From positions 450,001 through 482,000 of the forward strand of contig NC_006624.1 of NCBI RefSeq assembly GCF_000009965.1: a DNA stretch of 32,000 nt, read 5' to 3'. Source of the stretch: Thermococcus kodakarensis KOD1 (lineage in GTDB: Archaea; Methanobacteriota_B; Thermococci; Thermococcales; Thermococcaceae). The position numbers and the translations under genes were made by a program. Each line of letters begins with the position of its first letter. The stretch's first letter is position 1. The notes beneath the pieces were generated by a model. The model ran no database searches. It was not told the DNA's origin and saw nothing but the letters and a program-made list of their open reading frames with translations. Below, piece by piece: positions 15,352 to 25,774 of this stretch.

Positions 15352-16569
15352 ATGGCTGGAAAGGTCAGGAACATAGTCGTTGAGGAGCTCGTCAGGACCC
15401 CAGTTGAGATGCAGAAGGTTGAGCTCGTTGAGAGGAAGGGTATCGGTCACCCCGACAGCATAGCCGACGGTATAGCCGAGGCCGTCAGCAGGGCGCTCTC
15501 CAGGGAGTACGTGAAGAGGTACGGCATCATTCTCCACCACAACACCGACCAGGTCGAGGTTGTCGGCGGAAGGGCCTACCCGCAGTTCGGCGGCGGTGAG
15601 GTCATCAAGCCGATCTACATCCTCCTCTCCGGAAGGGCCGTCGAGATGGTTGACAGGGAGTTCTTCCCCGTCCATGAGATAGCACTTAAGGCCGCAAAGG
15701 ACTACCTCAGGAAGGCCGTCAGGCACCTCGACCTCGAGCACCACGTCATCATAGACTCCCGCATCGGACAGGGAAGCGTTGACCTCGTTGGAGTCTTCAA
15801 CAAGGCTAAAAAGAACCCAATCCCGCTCGCCAACGACACCTCCTTTGGTGTCGGCTACGCCCCGCTCAGCGAGACCGAGAAGATCGTCCTTGAGACCGAG
15901 AAGTACCTCAACAGCGACGAGTTCAAGAAGAAGTACCCCGCCGTCGGTGAGGACATCAAGGTTATGGGTCTCAGGAAGGGAGACGAGATAGACCTCACCA
16001 TCGCCGCTGCCATCGTTGACAGCGAGGTTGACAACCCCGACGATTACATGGCCGTGAAGGAGGCCATCTACGAGGCCGCCAAGGGGATCGTCGAGTCCCA
16101 CACAGAGAGGCCGACCAACATCTACGTGAACACCGCCGATGATCCGAAGGAGGGCATCTACTACATAACCGTCACAGGAACTAGCGCCGAGGCCGGCGAC
16201 GACGGTTCCGTCGGAAGGGGCAACAGGGTTAACGGCCTCATCACCCCCAACAGGCACATGAGCATGGAGGCAGCGGCGGGTAAGAACCCGGTGAGCCACG
16301 TCGGTAAGATCTACAACATCCTCTCAATGCTCATAGCGAACGACATAGCCGAGCAGGTCGAGGGCGTTGAGGAGGTCTACGTTAGAATCCTCAGCCAGAT
16401 TGGAAAGCCGATAGACGAGCCTCTCGTTGCCAGCGTGCAGATAATCCCGAAGAAGGGCTACTCAATCGACGTCCTCCAGAAGCCGGCCTACGAGATAGCC
16501 GACGAGTGGCTGGCCAACATAACGAAGATACAGAAGATGATCCTCGAGGACAAGGTAAACGTCTTCTGA
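15352..16569 (+). CDS. metK: Archaeal-type S-adenosylmethionine synthetase (methionine adenosyltransferase)
   Basis: The product contains [23 protein letters not shown]...[12 protein letters not shown]...[25 protein letters not shown], the archaeal MAT signature. The start is probably the ATG at 15352 (MAGKVRN) after AGGTGA. The track begins at GTG 15343. Confidence 0.95.
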
Positions 16570-16638
16570 AGTCCTCGCTTTTCTCTTCTACCCTTTTGAT
16601 GGCTTCCTTGCATTAGTAGGGAACAGAAAAGTTAGAGA

Positions 16639-16854
16639 TCAGACTGCGGGAGCGCTCTGCTTGAGCGCCCTGAGGACTTTTGCTTCTTCTGCCATAAGGG
16701 CGAGCTTTTCCTTCTTAACCTTGGCAAGAACCATTGCAACGTCCCTCTTCTGGCGGGCAAGCCTTATGAGCCTGGCCTCCTCGCGGAGAACGGCTTCCTT
16801 TCTCCTCCTCACAACCTCAAGGCGCCTCTCGAGCACGGACTTAACCTTCTCCAT
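16639..16854 (-). CDS. Hypothetical small basic coiled-coil protein (71 aa)
   Basis: The ORF reads MEKVKSVLERRLEVVRRRKEAVLREEARLIRLARQKRDVAMVLAKVKKEKLALMAEEAKVLRAL, a heptad-like Arg/Lys/Glu pattern. I recognise no family. The opposite-strand ORF (16661-16894) is Ser/Leu-rich and looks like a shadow ORF. Confidence 0.4.
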   Translation of the reverse strand: MEKVKSVLERRLEVVRRRKEAVLREEARLIRLARQKRDVAMVLAKVKKEKLALMAEEAKVLRALKQSAPAV

Positions 16855-16981
16855 ATTGTATCACCTGATAAATGAGGGCCCCCGATCCTTATAAGATTTT
16901 CGGTGAACGCTTAAGTCAATATCGCTTTTTGTCGAAAAAACTTCTTAAGGGCAAACGCTGAATTCCCTCGGAGGTGACAGA

Positions 16982-17638
16982 ATGAGAATAGTAGCGGTCA
17001 CTGACATTCACGGAAAGCTCGAAAAGGTGAAGAGGCTCGCGGGGGTTCTCGAGGAAGAAAGGCCAGACCTTATCCTCATAGCCGGGGACATAACGAACTT
17101 CAGCGGAGCGGAAGTTGCCAGAACAGTCCTTGAGCCGCTCATGGCTCTCGACGTTCCCATCTTGGCCGTCCACGGAAACTGCGACGGCAGGGATGTTCCA
17201 GAACTGCTGGAGGAACTCGGGATATCACTCCACAACAAGAGAAAGGAAGTGAACGGCACCGGCTTTGTAGGAGTAGGCGGCTCGAACATAACACCCTTCA
17301 ACACCATCTGGGAGCTCACGGAGGACGAGATAATGGAAATCTTGAGGAAGAATTACAGGCCAGGGGACATAATCCTCTCCCACGCTCCTCCGAAGGACAC
17401 TAAAGCTGACAGAGTCCACTCCGGCCTCCACGTCGGGAGCACAGCTCTCAGGGAATTCATAGAGAAGAACCAGCCGCCGCTCGTTGTTACGGGGCATATC
17501 CACGAGGCGAGAAGCGTTGACGAGCTTGGAGAAACGATAATAGTGAACCCCGGCCCGCTCTTCAGGGGGTATTACGCTGTTATAGACTTCGACGAAAAGG
17601 AAAAAGTTGTGAAAAACATTGAGCTAAGGGAGCTTTAA
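16982..17638 (+). CDS. Calcineurin-like metallophosphoesterase
   Basis: The motifs are in canonical order: VTDIHG, AGDITN, HGNCD, SHAPP and TGHIHE. An RBS (GGAGGTGA) lies upstream. Confidence 0.8.
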   Translation: MRIVAVTDIHGKLEKVKRLAGVLEEERPDLILIAGDITNFSGAEVARTVLEPLMALDVPILAVHGNCDGRDVPELLEELGISLHNKRKEVNGTGFVGVGGSNITPFNTIWELTEDEIMEILRKNYRPGDIILSHAPPKDTKADRVHSGLHVGSTALREFIEKNQPPLVVTGHIHEARSVDELGETIIVNPGPLFRGYYAVIDFDEKEKVVKNIELREL

Positions 17639-18804
17639 ACGAGCTTTTTCTCCTTCAGGACTTTTTCCATCCTGTCCATCGCTTCTTCAAGCTTCTCGTA
17701 GGCCGTGGCGTAGCTTATCCTGATGTAGCCTTCTCCGGCTTTCCCGAAGGCAGAGCCGGGAACCACTGCAACCCTGGCCTCCTTGAGCATAAGCTCGCTG
17801 AACTGGTGATCTGTGAGACCTGTATCCCTGATGCGCGGGAAGATGTAGAACGCTCCCTTCGGTTTTACAGTCGGAAGGCCCATCTCATTTAAGCGCTTCC
17901 AGACGAGGTTCCTCCTCCTGTCGTACTCCTTCCTCATCTCCTCCACGGCCTTCCAGCTCCTCGGGTCTTCAAGGGCCTTAGCGGCCGCGTACTGGGCGAA
18001 GGTGACCGGACAGGTGGAGTTGTACATCTGGAAGCGCGTCATCTTCTCGATTACCCAAGCTGGAGCGGCGACGAAGCCGAGCCGCCAGCCGGTCATGGCG
18101 AATGTCTTGGAGAAGCCGTTTACCGTGATGGTTCTCTCGAACATGCCGTCGAGCGAAGCGATGCTGTGGTTCTTGACACCATCGTAGACGAAGTGCTCGT
18201 AAACTTCATCGCTAATTACCATAAGGTCGTGCTCAACGGCGAAGTCGGCTATCTCCTCGATGTCCTTCTTGGTCAGAACGGAGCCGGTCGGGTTGCTGGG
18301 GGTGTTTATGATGAGCGCCCTCGTTTTGTCGGTGACGTGCTTCTCAAGGTCGTCAACTGAAAGCCTGAACTCGTTTTCCTCGTAGGTTGGAACCTCAACG
18401 GGCTTTCCTCCTGCCAGAATGACCGCAGGGGCGTAGCTCACGAACATTGGAGAGGGAATGAGGACTTCCTCACCATCCTTAAGAAACGTTGCCAGACCCA
18501 TGAGGAACGCCTGGTTGGCTCCGGTTAGGATCATAACTTCAGTTTTTGGATCGGCCTCTATGCCGTTCTGCTCCTTGAGTTTTTTGGCAACGGCCTCCCT
18601 TAGCATTGGAAGGCCCGCGTTCGGACCGTAGTGGGTATACCCTTTGTCGAGGGCCTCTTTTGCGTATCCTTTGATATGCTCAGGGGTGTCAAAATCGGGC
18701 TCACCGATGCCGAGTGAGATAACATCCTGCATCCCAGCGGCGAGGTCGAAAAGCTTCCTAATCTCAGAAGGGTTAACGAGGTCAAGCCTGTCGCTCAGCG
18801 CCAT
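17635..18804 (-). CDS. Class I PLP-dependent aminotransferase (aspartate/aromatic aminotransferase family)
   Basis: The product contains PNAGLP, NPTGSV and SFSKTFAMTGWRLGF (PLP-lysine motif). The start is probably the ATG at 18804 (MALSDRL) after GGTGA. The track's ORF extends to 18813. Confidence 0.9.
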   Translation of the reverse strand: MALSDRLDLVNPSEIRKLFDLAAGMQDVISLGIGEPDFDTPEHIKGYAKEALDKGYTHYGPNAGLPMLREAVAKKLKEQNGIEADPKTEVMILTGANQAFLMGLATFLKDGEEVLIPSPMFVSYAPAVILAGGKPVEVPTYEENEFRLSVDDLEKHVTDKTRALIINTPSNPTGSVLTKKDIEEIADFAVEHDLMVISDEVYEHFVYDGVKNHSIASLDGMFERTITVNGFSKTFAMTGWRLGFVAAPAWVIEKMTRFQMYNSTCPVTFAQYAAAKALEDPRSWKAVEEMRKEYDRRRNLVWKRLNEMGLPTVKPKGAFYIFPRIRDTGLTDHQFSELMLKEARVAVVPGSAFGKAGEGYIRISYATAYEKLEEAMDRMEKVLKEKKLV

Positions 18805-18980
18805 TACCATCACCGCTCTCCCTTCTCAGCGATGTTTATAACGTTACCTCAATGAAAAAATAGACATCAAAGTATTAAAATGCTCATTAAAATTCAAGAA
18901 CACCCACATCCTTTGAGCGGTTTGGTCTCAATTCGCAACTAAAACTCACAACTAAATAGTATTTAGTTGGGATCTGGTTC

Positions 18981-20566
18981 ATTTTAATTCTCCTAAAGTC
19001 TTATTGCAACAAGCCAGGTCGAGAGCCTCGAAGTTGACGCGGCCAAGTTTCAATTCTCTTAGAGTCTTATTGCAACGGTGAGAAAATCGTAAAGGCGTTC
19101 AGAGAGCCGGCTCTATTTCAATTCTCTTAGAGTCTTATTGCAACAAACTTTCCACACCTTGACTTTCACGTCGACGTCGGTATTTCAATTCTCTTAGAGT
19201 CTTATTGCAACTCCTCGTCGAGGAAGCCCATGCCAATGGCTCTGCGGAATTTCAATTCTCTTAGAGTCTTATTGCAACGCGCTGGAAGGCCCTCCAGAAA
19301 ATTGCAGAAATCCTATTTCAATTCTCTTAGAGTCTTATTGCAACTTTGAAGTCTTCAGGAAAGAGGGCATTCATGGAAAACTGTTTCAATTCTCTTAGAG
19401 TCTTATTGCAACATGGCCGGGTTCACCTGAACGTCATAGGTCGCGACCGTTTCAATTCTCTTAGAGTCTTATTGCAACAGCACGAAGAACGCATCAACAC
19501 CGCCCCACTTGTAGTTGTTTCAATTCTCTTAGAGTCTTATTGCAACGCGTAGCATAGTTGGGTAGTGCGGCCGCCTCGTGAGGTTTCAATTCTCTTAGAG
19601 TCTTATTGCAACGACGTGGGGACAGCCATTAAAGAACTGGGCGAAGACCGTTTCAATTCTCTTAGAGTCTTATTGCAACCCTCTCCTTGATAACATCCAG
19701 CACGGCGCGCGTGGAGTTTCAATTCTCTTAGAGTCTTATTGCAACGCCCTCACTCAGGGCTGCCCCTCACCACTCCCCAAAGTCGTTTCAATTCTCTTAG
19801 AGTCTTATTGCAACGTCCGGGCTTTTGATTGTGGGCAATTCCTCCCAGGCCCGTTTCAATTCTCTTAGAGTCTTATTGCAACGTTAGAGATCAAAAGAAG
19901 GTCAAGGCGGGTGGTTCTCCCGTTTCAATTCTCTTAGAGTCTTATTGCAACTTGCGCAACACCCACCACCGTCACCCACCACCCACCTTTTTGTTTCAAT
20001 TCTCTTAGAGTCTTATTGCAACTTCTTGCTCGAAGGCCTCATCAGCGATGGGCTTGACGAGTTTCAATTCTCTTAGAGTCTTATTGCAACTATTGACCCG
20101 CCGAAAAGCCCAGATTACGCCGATAGTTGTTTCAATTCTCTTAGAGTCTTATTGCAACTCCCCGAATTTCCCGGATTTTCCCTATATTTCCCTATAGTTT
20201 CAATTCTCTTAGAGTCTTATTGCAACAGGTCTCTGTCGTGGAGAGAAATGCAGACGGCAAGCTTGGTTTCAATTCTCTTAGAGTCTTATTGCAACCTGAG
20301 CCAAGGCTAGATGTTGAGCCTGAGCCAGAAGCGGGGTTTCAATTCTCTTAGAGTCTTATTGCAACTGTGGCCCAGATAAGGGCTGTGGCATAGGTTTACG
20401 TTTCAATTCTCTTAGAGTCTTATTGCAACCAGTCTTCCCCGACTTCGGCGCGAGCATGATCTACGGGTTTCAATTCTCTTAGAGTCTTATTGCAACTAGG
20501 TCTTGCTCATAATCGCGTCGTGGCTCTCAAGGTTGAGTTTCAATTCTCTTAGAGTCTTATTGCAAC
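18981..20566 (-). CRISPR. CRISPR array with 24 repeats of 30 nt and 23 spacers of 34-41 nt; probably transcribed on the minus strand
   Basis: The plus-strand repeat is GTTTCAATTCTCTTAGAGTCTTATTGCAAC. Repeat starts are 18981 (degenerate, 4 mismatches), 19047, 19115, 19182, 19249, 19315, 19383, 19449, 19517, 19583, 19650, 19716, 19785, 19853, 19922, 19993, 20061, 20129, 20197, 20266, 20336, 20400, 20467 and 20537. The reverse complement, GTTGCAATAAGACTCTAAGAGAATTGAAAC, closely resembles the Pyrococcus/Thermococcus repeat as I recall it (GTTCCAATAAGACTAAAATAGAATTGAAAG). Confidence 0.97.
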
Positions 20567-21024
20567 AGGGCGGTTTTTTCCTCCTTTCGCCCTACAAACT
20601 ACTAAGAACGCTCCAATCTTATAAGCTTTTCCGCAAAGGGTACTTTGAAAAGCCCTCAAAAGCCCCCAATCTAGGAGTTGTGGGCGGATTTTTCAAGCAG
20701 AAAAGGTTTCTCCTCCTTCCGTTGAAAGCATGCACAACAATGTTCAGAAGACCTCCCGGGCATTTTAAGGGCATTAAACTCGAATTATTCCACTCTAACG
20801 CCTTCTTACGATAAAACACTCAATTGCCATTGGGATAATATATAAAAGGACTTCTCAAGTATCATCGTTCAAAACTTCGAAAAAATTTCGTCATATAAAT
20901 CGGGATAAAATGTAACTTTTTGTTTGATAATAACCAAACGTTACTAAAGACTTTCCAACCTTCGACACAGGCCTATTTTCAATAAAAACCCACGAAAAAG
21001 GAGAACGATCAAAAACAAAGCTTC
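20567..21024 (-). promoter_or_regulatory. Putative CRISPR leader (non-coding flank, partly AT-rich)
   Basis: This is a 458-nt gene-free flank on the side opposite the degenerate terminal repeat. It contains palindromic TATA-like elements, for example CTTATAAG near 20610. The ORFs called here (20503-20814 plus, 20619-20819 minus) start in or run into the repeats. Confidence 0.5.
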
Positions 21025-22635
21025 TCAGCGCGATACGACGAATTTGCCGATGACAAGGACATCAAGCTTGGCCTCTCTAAACGTCTTCACAGCATCGGCA
21101 GGCGAACAGACTATCGGCTCCCCGTGCATGTTGAAGCTCGTGTTGAGCACCGCACCGATTCCCGCTTTTTTATGGAATTCAGCAATTGTTGAATAGTACA
21201 ATTCGTTGATTTCTTTCCTCACAGCCTGCGGTCTTGTCGTCCCGTCAACGTGAACAACGGCGGGAGCCACACCCCTAAACTCCTCGCTCGCGGTGTAGCT
21301 CATCGTCATGAACTCGTTGGGCCTTCCGTTCAGGTCTTCGAGATATTCCTCTGCCTTCTCCCAGAGCATTGAAGGCGCGAATGGCTGGAAGACGTCCCTC
21401 TTCAGGGCGACGTTAAGCTTTTCCTTCACGCTTTCATCCCTCGGGTCCGCTAAGATTGAGCGGTTGCCCAAAGCCCTCGGCCCGTACTCCATCCTCCCCT
21501 GGAAAAGTCCGACGAGCTTGCCATCAAAGAGGGCATCGGCGACGAAACCCGGGACGTCGCTTATCTCCTCGTATTGGACGCCTTCTTCCCTGAGGGTGCT
21601 CTCGATGTCTTCATCAGAGTACTCAGGCCCGAGATAGACGTGTTCCAGCCTGAACGGCCTCCACTTTCCATCGAGCCTCTCCAGTTGGGCCTTGACGAAA
21701 ATAGCAGCCCCAAAGGCCAGGCCGCCGTCGTCCATAGCTGGAAAGACCCAGATGTTTTCGTCTCCAAAAACGTGCCTTAAAACAGCGTTGGCCTTGACGT
21801 TCTGAGCAACTCCTCCAGCGTAGGCCACCGGAAGGGAGTAGCCTTTGAGCCTGAGGCCGAGCTCCTCAACGAGCTTCTCAAGGTGAGCCTGGGCGCTGGC
21901 CGCTATTTCTATTGCCTTCTTCTGGAGCTTGCCGTCGAGCTTCCCGCGCTTCATCTGCATCGCTATCTCCTTCGCGTGCTTCAGCGGGTACTTGAACAGC
22001 TCCGCGAGCCTTCTCGTCGCCTCGATGCCAACAACCTTGAGGTGGTTCTCGAAGGTCAGGCCGTTGAGCTCGATTATCGAGCTTAAATCGTAGGTGGGCT
22101 TCCCGTAGGCCGCTAGGCTCATCACCTTACCCTCGTGCCTCATCGGCTTGAAGCCAAGCAGTTCGGTTACAGATGCATAGAAGTCGCCGAGTGAGTCGAG
22201 ATACGTGCTCTGGGCTATCCTTATCATCTCGCCGTCTCTCGCGACGTAGATGGACGAGCTAAGCCCGTCGCCAGCCGCGTCTATGCTCAGGGCTATTGCA
22301 TCCCTCCAGCCGGAGGTGTAGTATGCTGAAGCAGAGTGGGCCAGATGGTGCTCGACGAAGAGGACTTTCCTCTTGAAGTCTTTACCAAAGATTGCCTTTA
22401 GATTCTCCTCAAGCTCAATTAAACGGCTCTGCTTCCGGAATATTCCGGCAACGGCTATGACCTCAACGTCCTCCGGACTGGCGCCGGCCATCTCAAGGAC
22501 TTTCCTAATGCTCAGCTCAGGAAAGCCGCGGTACTTTTTAACGCGGTTCAGCCTCTCCTCGTTAACCGCGAATATCCTCTCGCCGTCTATCAGAACAGCC
22601 CCAGCGTCGTGGCCGTCGTGGACTCCGAGTATCAT
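21025..22635 (-). CDS. Carbamoyltransferase (NodU/CmcH family)
   Basis: The product begins MILGVHDGHDAGAVLIDGERIFAVNEERLNRVK, an ASKHA-like N-terminus. It also contains HHLAHSASAYY and a C-terminal carbamoyltransferase domain (VLNTSFNMHGEPIVCSP). The start is set at the ATG at 22635 after GGTGGAAGG. Confidence 0.85.
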   Translation of the reverse strand: MILGVHDGHDAGAVLIDGERIFAVNEERLNRVKKYRGFPELSIRKVLEMAGASPEDVEVIAVAGIFRKQSRLIELEENLKAIFGKDFKRKVLFVEHHLAHSASAYYTSGWRDAIALSIDAAGDGLSSSIYVARDGEMIRIAQSTYLDSLGDFYASVTELLGFKPMRHEGKVMSLAAYGKPTYDLSSIIELNGLTFENHLKVVGIEATRRLAELFKYPLKHAKEIAMQMKRGKLDGKLQKKAIEIAASAQAHLEKLVEELGLRLKGYSLPVAYAGGVAQNVKANAVLRHVFGDENIWVFPAMDDGGLAFGAAIFVKAQLERLDGKWRPFRLEHVYLGPEYSDEDIESTLREEGVQYEEISDVPGFVADALFDGKLVGLFQGRMEYGPRALGNRSILADPRDESVKEKLNVALKRDVFQPFAPSMLWEKAEEYLEDLNGRPNEFMTMSYTASEEFRGVAPAVVHVDGTTRPQAVRKEINELYYSTIAEFHKKAGIGAVLNTSFNMHGEPIVCSPADAVKTFREAKLDVLVIGKFVVSR

Positions 22636-22697
22636 TCCTTCCACCGTGAAAAATTTTGAAACGAAATAATATTATCGTGATTCAAAAATGGGAGAAG

Positions 22698-24143
22698 TCA
22701 GTAAGTCCTCGCGAACCTCGCGATGAACTTGGCTTCCCTGCCGCAGACCGGGCACTTCTTGCCCTCTGGAGCCTTCGCCTTCTCCTCGGGATACGGGATT
22801 CCGAGCATCTTGGCGTCGAGCTCTTCCTCCATCCTGAGGCCGCACTCCTCCTCACCGCACCAGGGAATCTCGACGATTCCGCGCCTGTCCTCAAAGACGG
22901 CTTTTGCCTCCTCGATCGTGTCAACGCGCTTGATGTGGCTCTCAAGGAACTCCTTAGCCCTCTGATAGAGGTTCTCATGAATTGCATCGAGGGTCTTTCT
23001 GACCTCCTCGACGATGTTATCCCTCTCAACGGTTATCTTTTCGAGGGTGTCTCTTCTAGCTAAGACAGCCTTCTTTCCTTCCACGTCCCTCGGGCCGACC
23101 TCTATCCTGAGCGGGACGCCCTTGAGCTCCCAGTCGTAGTACTTCCTTCCGGGCCTTATGTCGCGCTCGTCAACGTGGACCCTGATTCCGGCCGTTCTGA
23201 GCTCCTCGGCTATCTCACGAGCATAGGCGAAAACGTCGGCCTCGCTGTCCTTTTTGGGTATCGGGACTATGACGACCTGTATCGGAGCTATGGTCGGCGG
23301 GAGAACCATTCCCCTGTCGTCGCCGTGGATCGCTATGACAGCAGCCAGCAGCCTCTCGCTCATTCCAAAGGTTGTCTGGTGGACGTACTCGTGGTCACCC
23401 GTCTCGGTCTCGTACTGGATGTTGTAGGCCTTTGCGAAGTTCTGGCGGTAGTTGTGCATCGTGCCTATCTGGAGCGTCCTGCCGTCGGGCATCATGACCT
23501 CGGCGCCGAGTGAGTAGTAAGCTCCCGGGAACTTGTCCCACTCCGGGCGCTTTGAGATGATGTAGGGCAGAGCGAGGAACCTCGCGAGGTTGTCAAATAT
23601 CTCAAGGTCTTCCTTTATCTGCCTCTCGGCATCTTCGTAGCTGTCGTGGGCGGTGTGGGCCTCAAAGAACCTGCTGATTTCTCTAACCCTGATGAGCGGC
23701 CTCGTGTGCTTGGTCTCGTAGCGGTAAACGTTGACGATCTGGTATATCTTGAACGGTAAATCAGCGTGAGACCTTATCCAGAGTGAGAACATCGAGTACA
23801 TTGCCGTCTCGCTCGTCGGCCTGAGTATGAGCCTGACGTCGAGCGGTTCGAGACCAGCGTGGGTGACCCAGTAGACCTCTCCCTCAAAGCCCTTTATGTG
23901 CTCGGCCTCCTTCTGGAACTCGGTTTCGGGGATGAGGGCCGGGAAGAGAACCTCATCGTGACCGGTTCTCTCCATCTCAGCGTGTATAAAGCGCTCTATG
24001 TTGCGCATAATCTTGAGGCCGTAGGGGAGCCAGACGTTCATACCCTTGACCGGGTAGCGCTTGTCCTGGATTCCAGCAGTTTCAATCAGCTCGTTGTACC
24101 ACTCGCTGAAATTCTCGCTCCACTTCTTTCTCTCAACCGCCAT
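22698..24143 (-). CDS. proS: Prolyl-tRNA synthetase (archaeal/eukaryotic type)
   Basis: Class II motifs and the archaeal-type N-terminus are present: [38 protein letters not shown] and [14 protein letters not shown]-terminal Zn-binding domain is also present (WCGEEECG...CPVCGREA). The start is probably the ATG at 24143 after AGGTGG. Confidence 0.95.
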   Translation of the reverse strand: MAVERKKWSENFSEWYNELIETAGIQDKRYPVKGMNVWLPYGLKIMRNIERFIHAEMERTGHDEVLFPALIPETEFQKEAEHIKGFEGEVYWVTHAGLEPLDVRLILRPTSETAMYSMFSLWIRSHADLPFKIYQIVNVYRYETKHTRPLIRVREISRFFEAHTAHDSYEDAERQIKEDLEIFDNLARFLALPYIISKRPEWDKFPGAYYSLGAEVMMPDGRTLQIGTMHNYRQNFAKAYNIQYETETGDHEYVHQTTFGMSERLLAAVIAIHGDDRGMVLPPTIAPIQVVIVPIPKKDSEADVFAYAREIAEELRTAGIRVHVDERDIRPGRKYYDWELKGVPLRIEVGPRDVEGKKAVLARRDTLEKITVERDNIVEEVRKTLDAIHENLYQRAKEFLESHIKRVDTIEEAKAVFEDRRGIVEIPWCGEEECGLRMEEELDAKMLGIPYPEEKAKAPEGKKCPVCGREAKFIARFARTY

Positions 24144-24245
24144 CTCGACCACCTACACGAGAGAGTGCCGTTTTATTTTTAAGCTTTCCCGGTTTCTCCA
24201 AAAGCCTTATTAGGTTCGTTTCGATGTATATCTTAAGGTGATAAC

Positions 24246-25247
24246 ATGAGGCCGAGAGTTCTTGTGACATTTAAGATGAAGAGCAAGCCCGTCGAGGAGC
24301 TGAAGAAGTACGCCGACGTTGATTTTCTGCTATATCCCAGCGTTGAAGAGCTGGCTGAGAAGATCAAGGACTACGACGGGCTTATTGTCTCCCCGCTGAA
24401 CAGGGTTCCGCGGGAAGTAATTGAACGGGCCGAGAGGCTCAAGGTCATAAGCTGTCATTCAGCCGGCTATGACCATGTTGATGTGGAAGCCGCGACCAAG
24501 AAGGGGATCTACGTCACCAAAGTTTCAGGGGTTCTGAGCGAGGCTGTGGCAGAGTTCGCCGTTGGCCTGACGATAGCCCTTCTCAGGAAGTTCGTTTACA
24601 CCGACAAGCTCATCAGGAGGGGTGAATGGGACAGCCACGCCAAGATATGGAGCACCTTCAAGGACATTGAAACCGTCTATGGCAAGAAGGTTGGAATCCT
24701 CGGCATGGGGGCCATCGGAAAGGCCATAGCGAGGAGAATGAAGGCCATGGGAACGGAGATACTCTACTGGTCGCGCTCGAGAAAAGAAGACATCGAAGCT
24801 GAGGTCGGGGCGAAGTACCTCCCGCTCGACGAAGTCCTGAGGGAGAGCGACATCGTCATCTTAGCCCTTCCCGCAACTCCAGAAACCTACCATATCATCA
24901 ACGAGGAAAGAATTAAGCTCCTTGAGGGCAAGTACCTCGTCAACATAGGCAGGGGAACCCTCGTGGACGAGAAGGCCGTCGTTAAGGCCATTGAAGAGGG
25001 CAGGCTGAAGGGCTACGCGACGGATGTCTTTGAGAAGGAGCCTGTAACTGAGCACCCGCTCTTCAAGTACGAGTGGGAGACTGTATTAACACCACACCAC
25101 GCGGGCCTTTCGAAGGAAGCTATGGAAGACATGGGCTTTCAGGCGGTAATGAACCTCCTCGCCGTCCTTAGAGGAGAAATACCAAAAGACCTCGTGAACA
25201 GGGAAGTCGTGAAGGTTCGCCCGCCGGAAGAAGTTAAGATGCTGTGA
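24246..25247 (+). CDS. D-isomer-specific 2-hydroxyacid dehydrogenase (glyoxylate/hydroxypyruvate reductase-like)
   Basis: The 333-aa product has a GxGxxG NAD motif (GILGMGAIGKAIARR). It also contains LLRESDIVILALP, NIGRG, and a C-terminal GEIPKDLVNREV like archaeal glyoxylate reductases. Confidence 0.9.
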   Translation: MRPRVLVTFKMKSKPVEELKKYADVDFLLYPSVEELAEKIKDYDGLIVSPLNRVPREVIERAERLKVISCHSAGYDHVDVEAATKKGIYVTKVSGVLSEAVAEFAVGLTIALLRKFVYTDKLIRRGEWDSHAKIWSTFKDIETVYGKKVGILGMGAIGKAIARRMKAMGTEILYWSRSRKEDIEAEVGAKYLPLDEVLRESDIVILALPATPETYHIINEERIKLLEGKYLVNIGRGTLVDEKAVVKAIEEGRLKGYATDVFEKEPVTEHPLFKYEWETVLTPHHAGLSKEAMEDMGFQAVMNLLAVLRGEIPKDLVNREVVKVRPPEEVKML

Positions 25248-25256
25248 GGTGGGAGC

Positions 25257-25715
25257 ATGTGGCGGGAAGAGATTAAGAAACTCCTCGAACCCTACGGTCT
25301 TCCAGTTAATACGGAAAGGGGAGTGTACATCGAACTGATTGACGACGAAGGAGAAGTCTACGACCGGCTGGCATTCTACGTCGAGAACCCCGAGGAAGAG
25401 TGGCCCCTTGTAAAGGCCCTCGTCGAGGCGATAGCGGACTTAACCGACCACGACATTCCGGGGAGGAATGTTTTTGCTTTCGGATTTAGGCCCGATTTCG
25501 GTGGAATTGTGATCAAGCTGTCCTTCTTTGATGCTGAAGCTGGCAAGGGGGCCGTCATTGGAGAGGTTCCGGAGAGGATCCTGAAGATAGCCGAGAAGAA
25601 CGCCATTCCGATATCGCGGGCAGAGGGAGATGGCATTGGCCTTCCAAGAGAATACACAGGGGAGGACTTTGAGGCCCTCGTCAAGCTCGTGGAAGCGGTA
25701 ACCTTTGAGTGGTGA
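25257..25715 (+). CDS. Hypothetical acidic cytoplasmic protein (152 aa)
   Basis: The ORF starts 9 nt after the dehydrogenase stop, with a GGTGGGAG RBS. Its codon usage resembles that of its neighbours. I recognise no family. Confidence 0.5.
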   Translation: MWREEIKKLLEPYGLPVNTERGVYIELIDDEGEVYDRLAFYVENPEEEWPLVKALVEAIADLTDHDIPGRNVFAFGFRPDFGGIVIKLSFFDAEAGKGAVIGEVPERILKIAEKNAIPISRAEGDGIGLPREYTGEDFEALVKLVEAVTFEW

Positions 25716-25774
25716 CGAACTTTAAAACTCATCGCAAGCGGTTGATTTTTAAACTCCCTCACTATCCCCCTCCG

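Noticed and set aside
15277-16299. Long antisense ORF (340 aa) opposite the SAM synthetase gene
   Set aside because: This is a shadow ORF created by GC-rich third positions of a strongly recognisable gene on the other strand. Its product is Val/Gly/Asp/Leu-rich without motifs.
16631-16641. 11-nt identity (GTTAGAGATCA) between spacer 14 (19883-19893) and the region downstream of metK, as possible self-targeting
   Set aside because: Eleven of 39 nt is far too short for a protospacer match. It is most likely chance.
19346-20819. ORFs 19346-19552, 20503-20814 and 20619-20819
   Set aside because: They read through CRISPR repeats and spacers (note the repeated FNSLRVLLQ peptide derived from the repeat) or lie in the leader. 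They are not genes.
24227-24243. TATATCTTAAGGTGATA upstream of the 2-hydroxyacid dehydrogenase as a Thermococcales glycolytic motif (TATCAC-N5-GTGATA)
   Set aside because: Only the right half-site matches. The left half has two mismatches, and the downstream gene is not glycolytic. The GTGATA here is more simply the RBS region (AAGGTGA).
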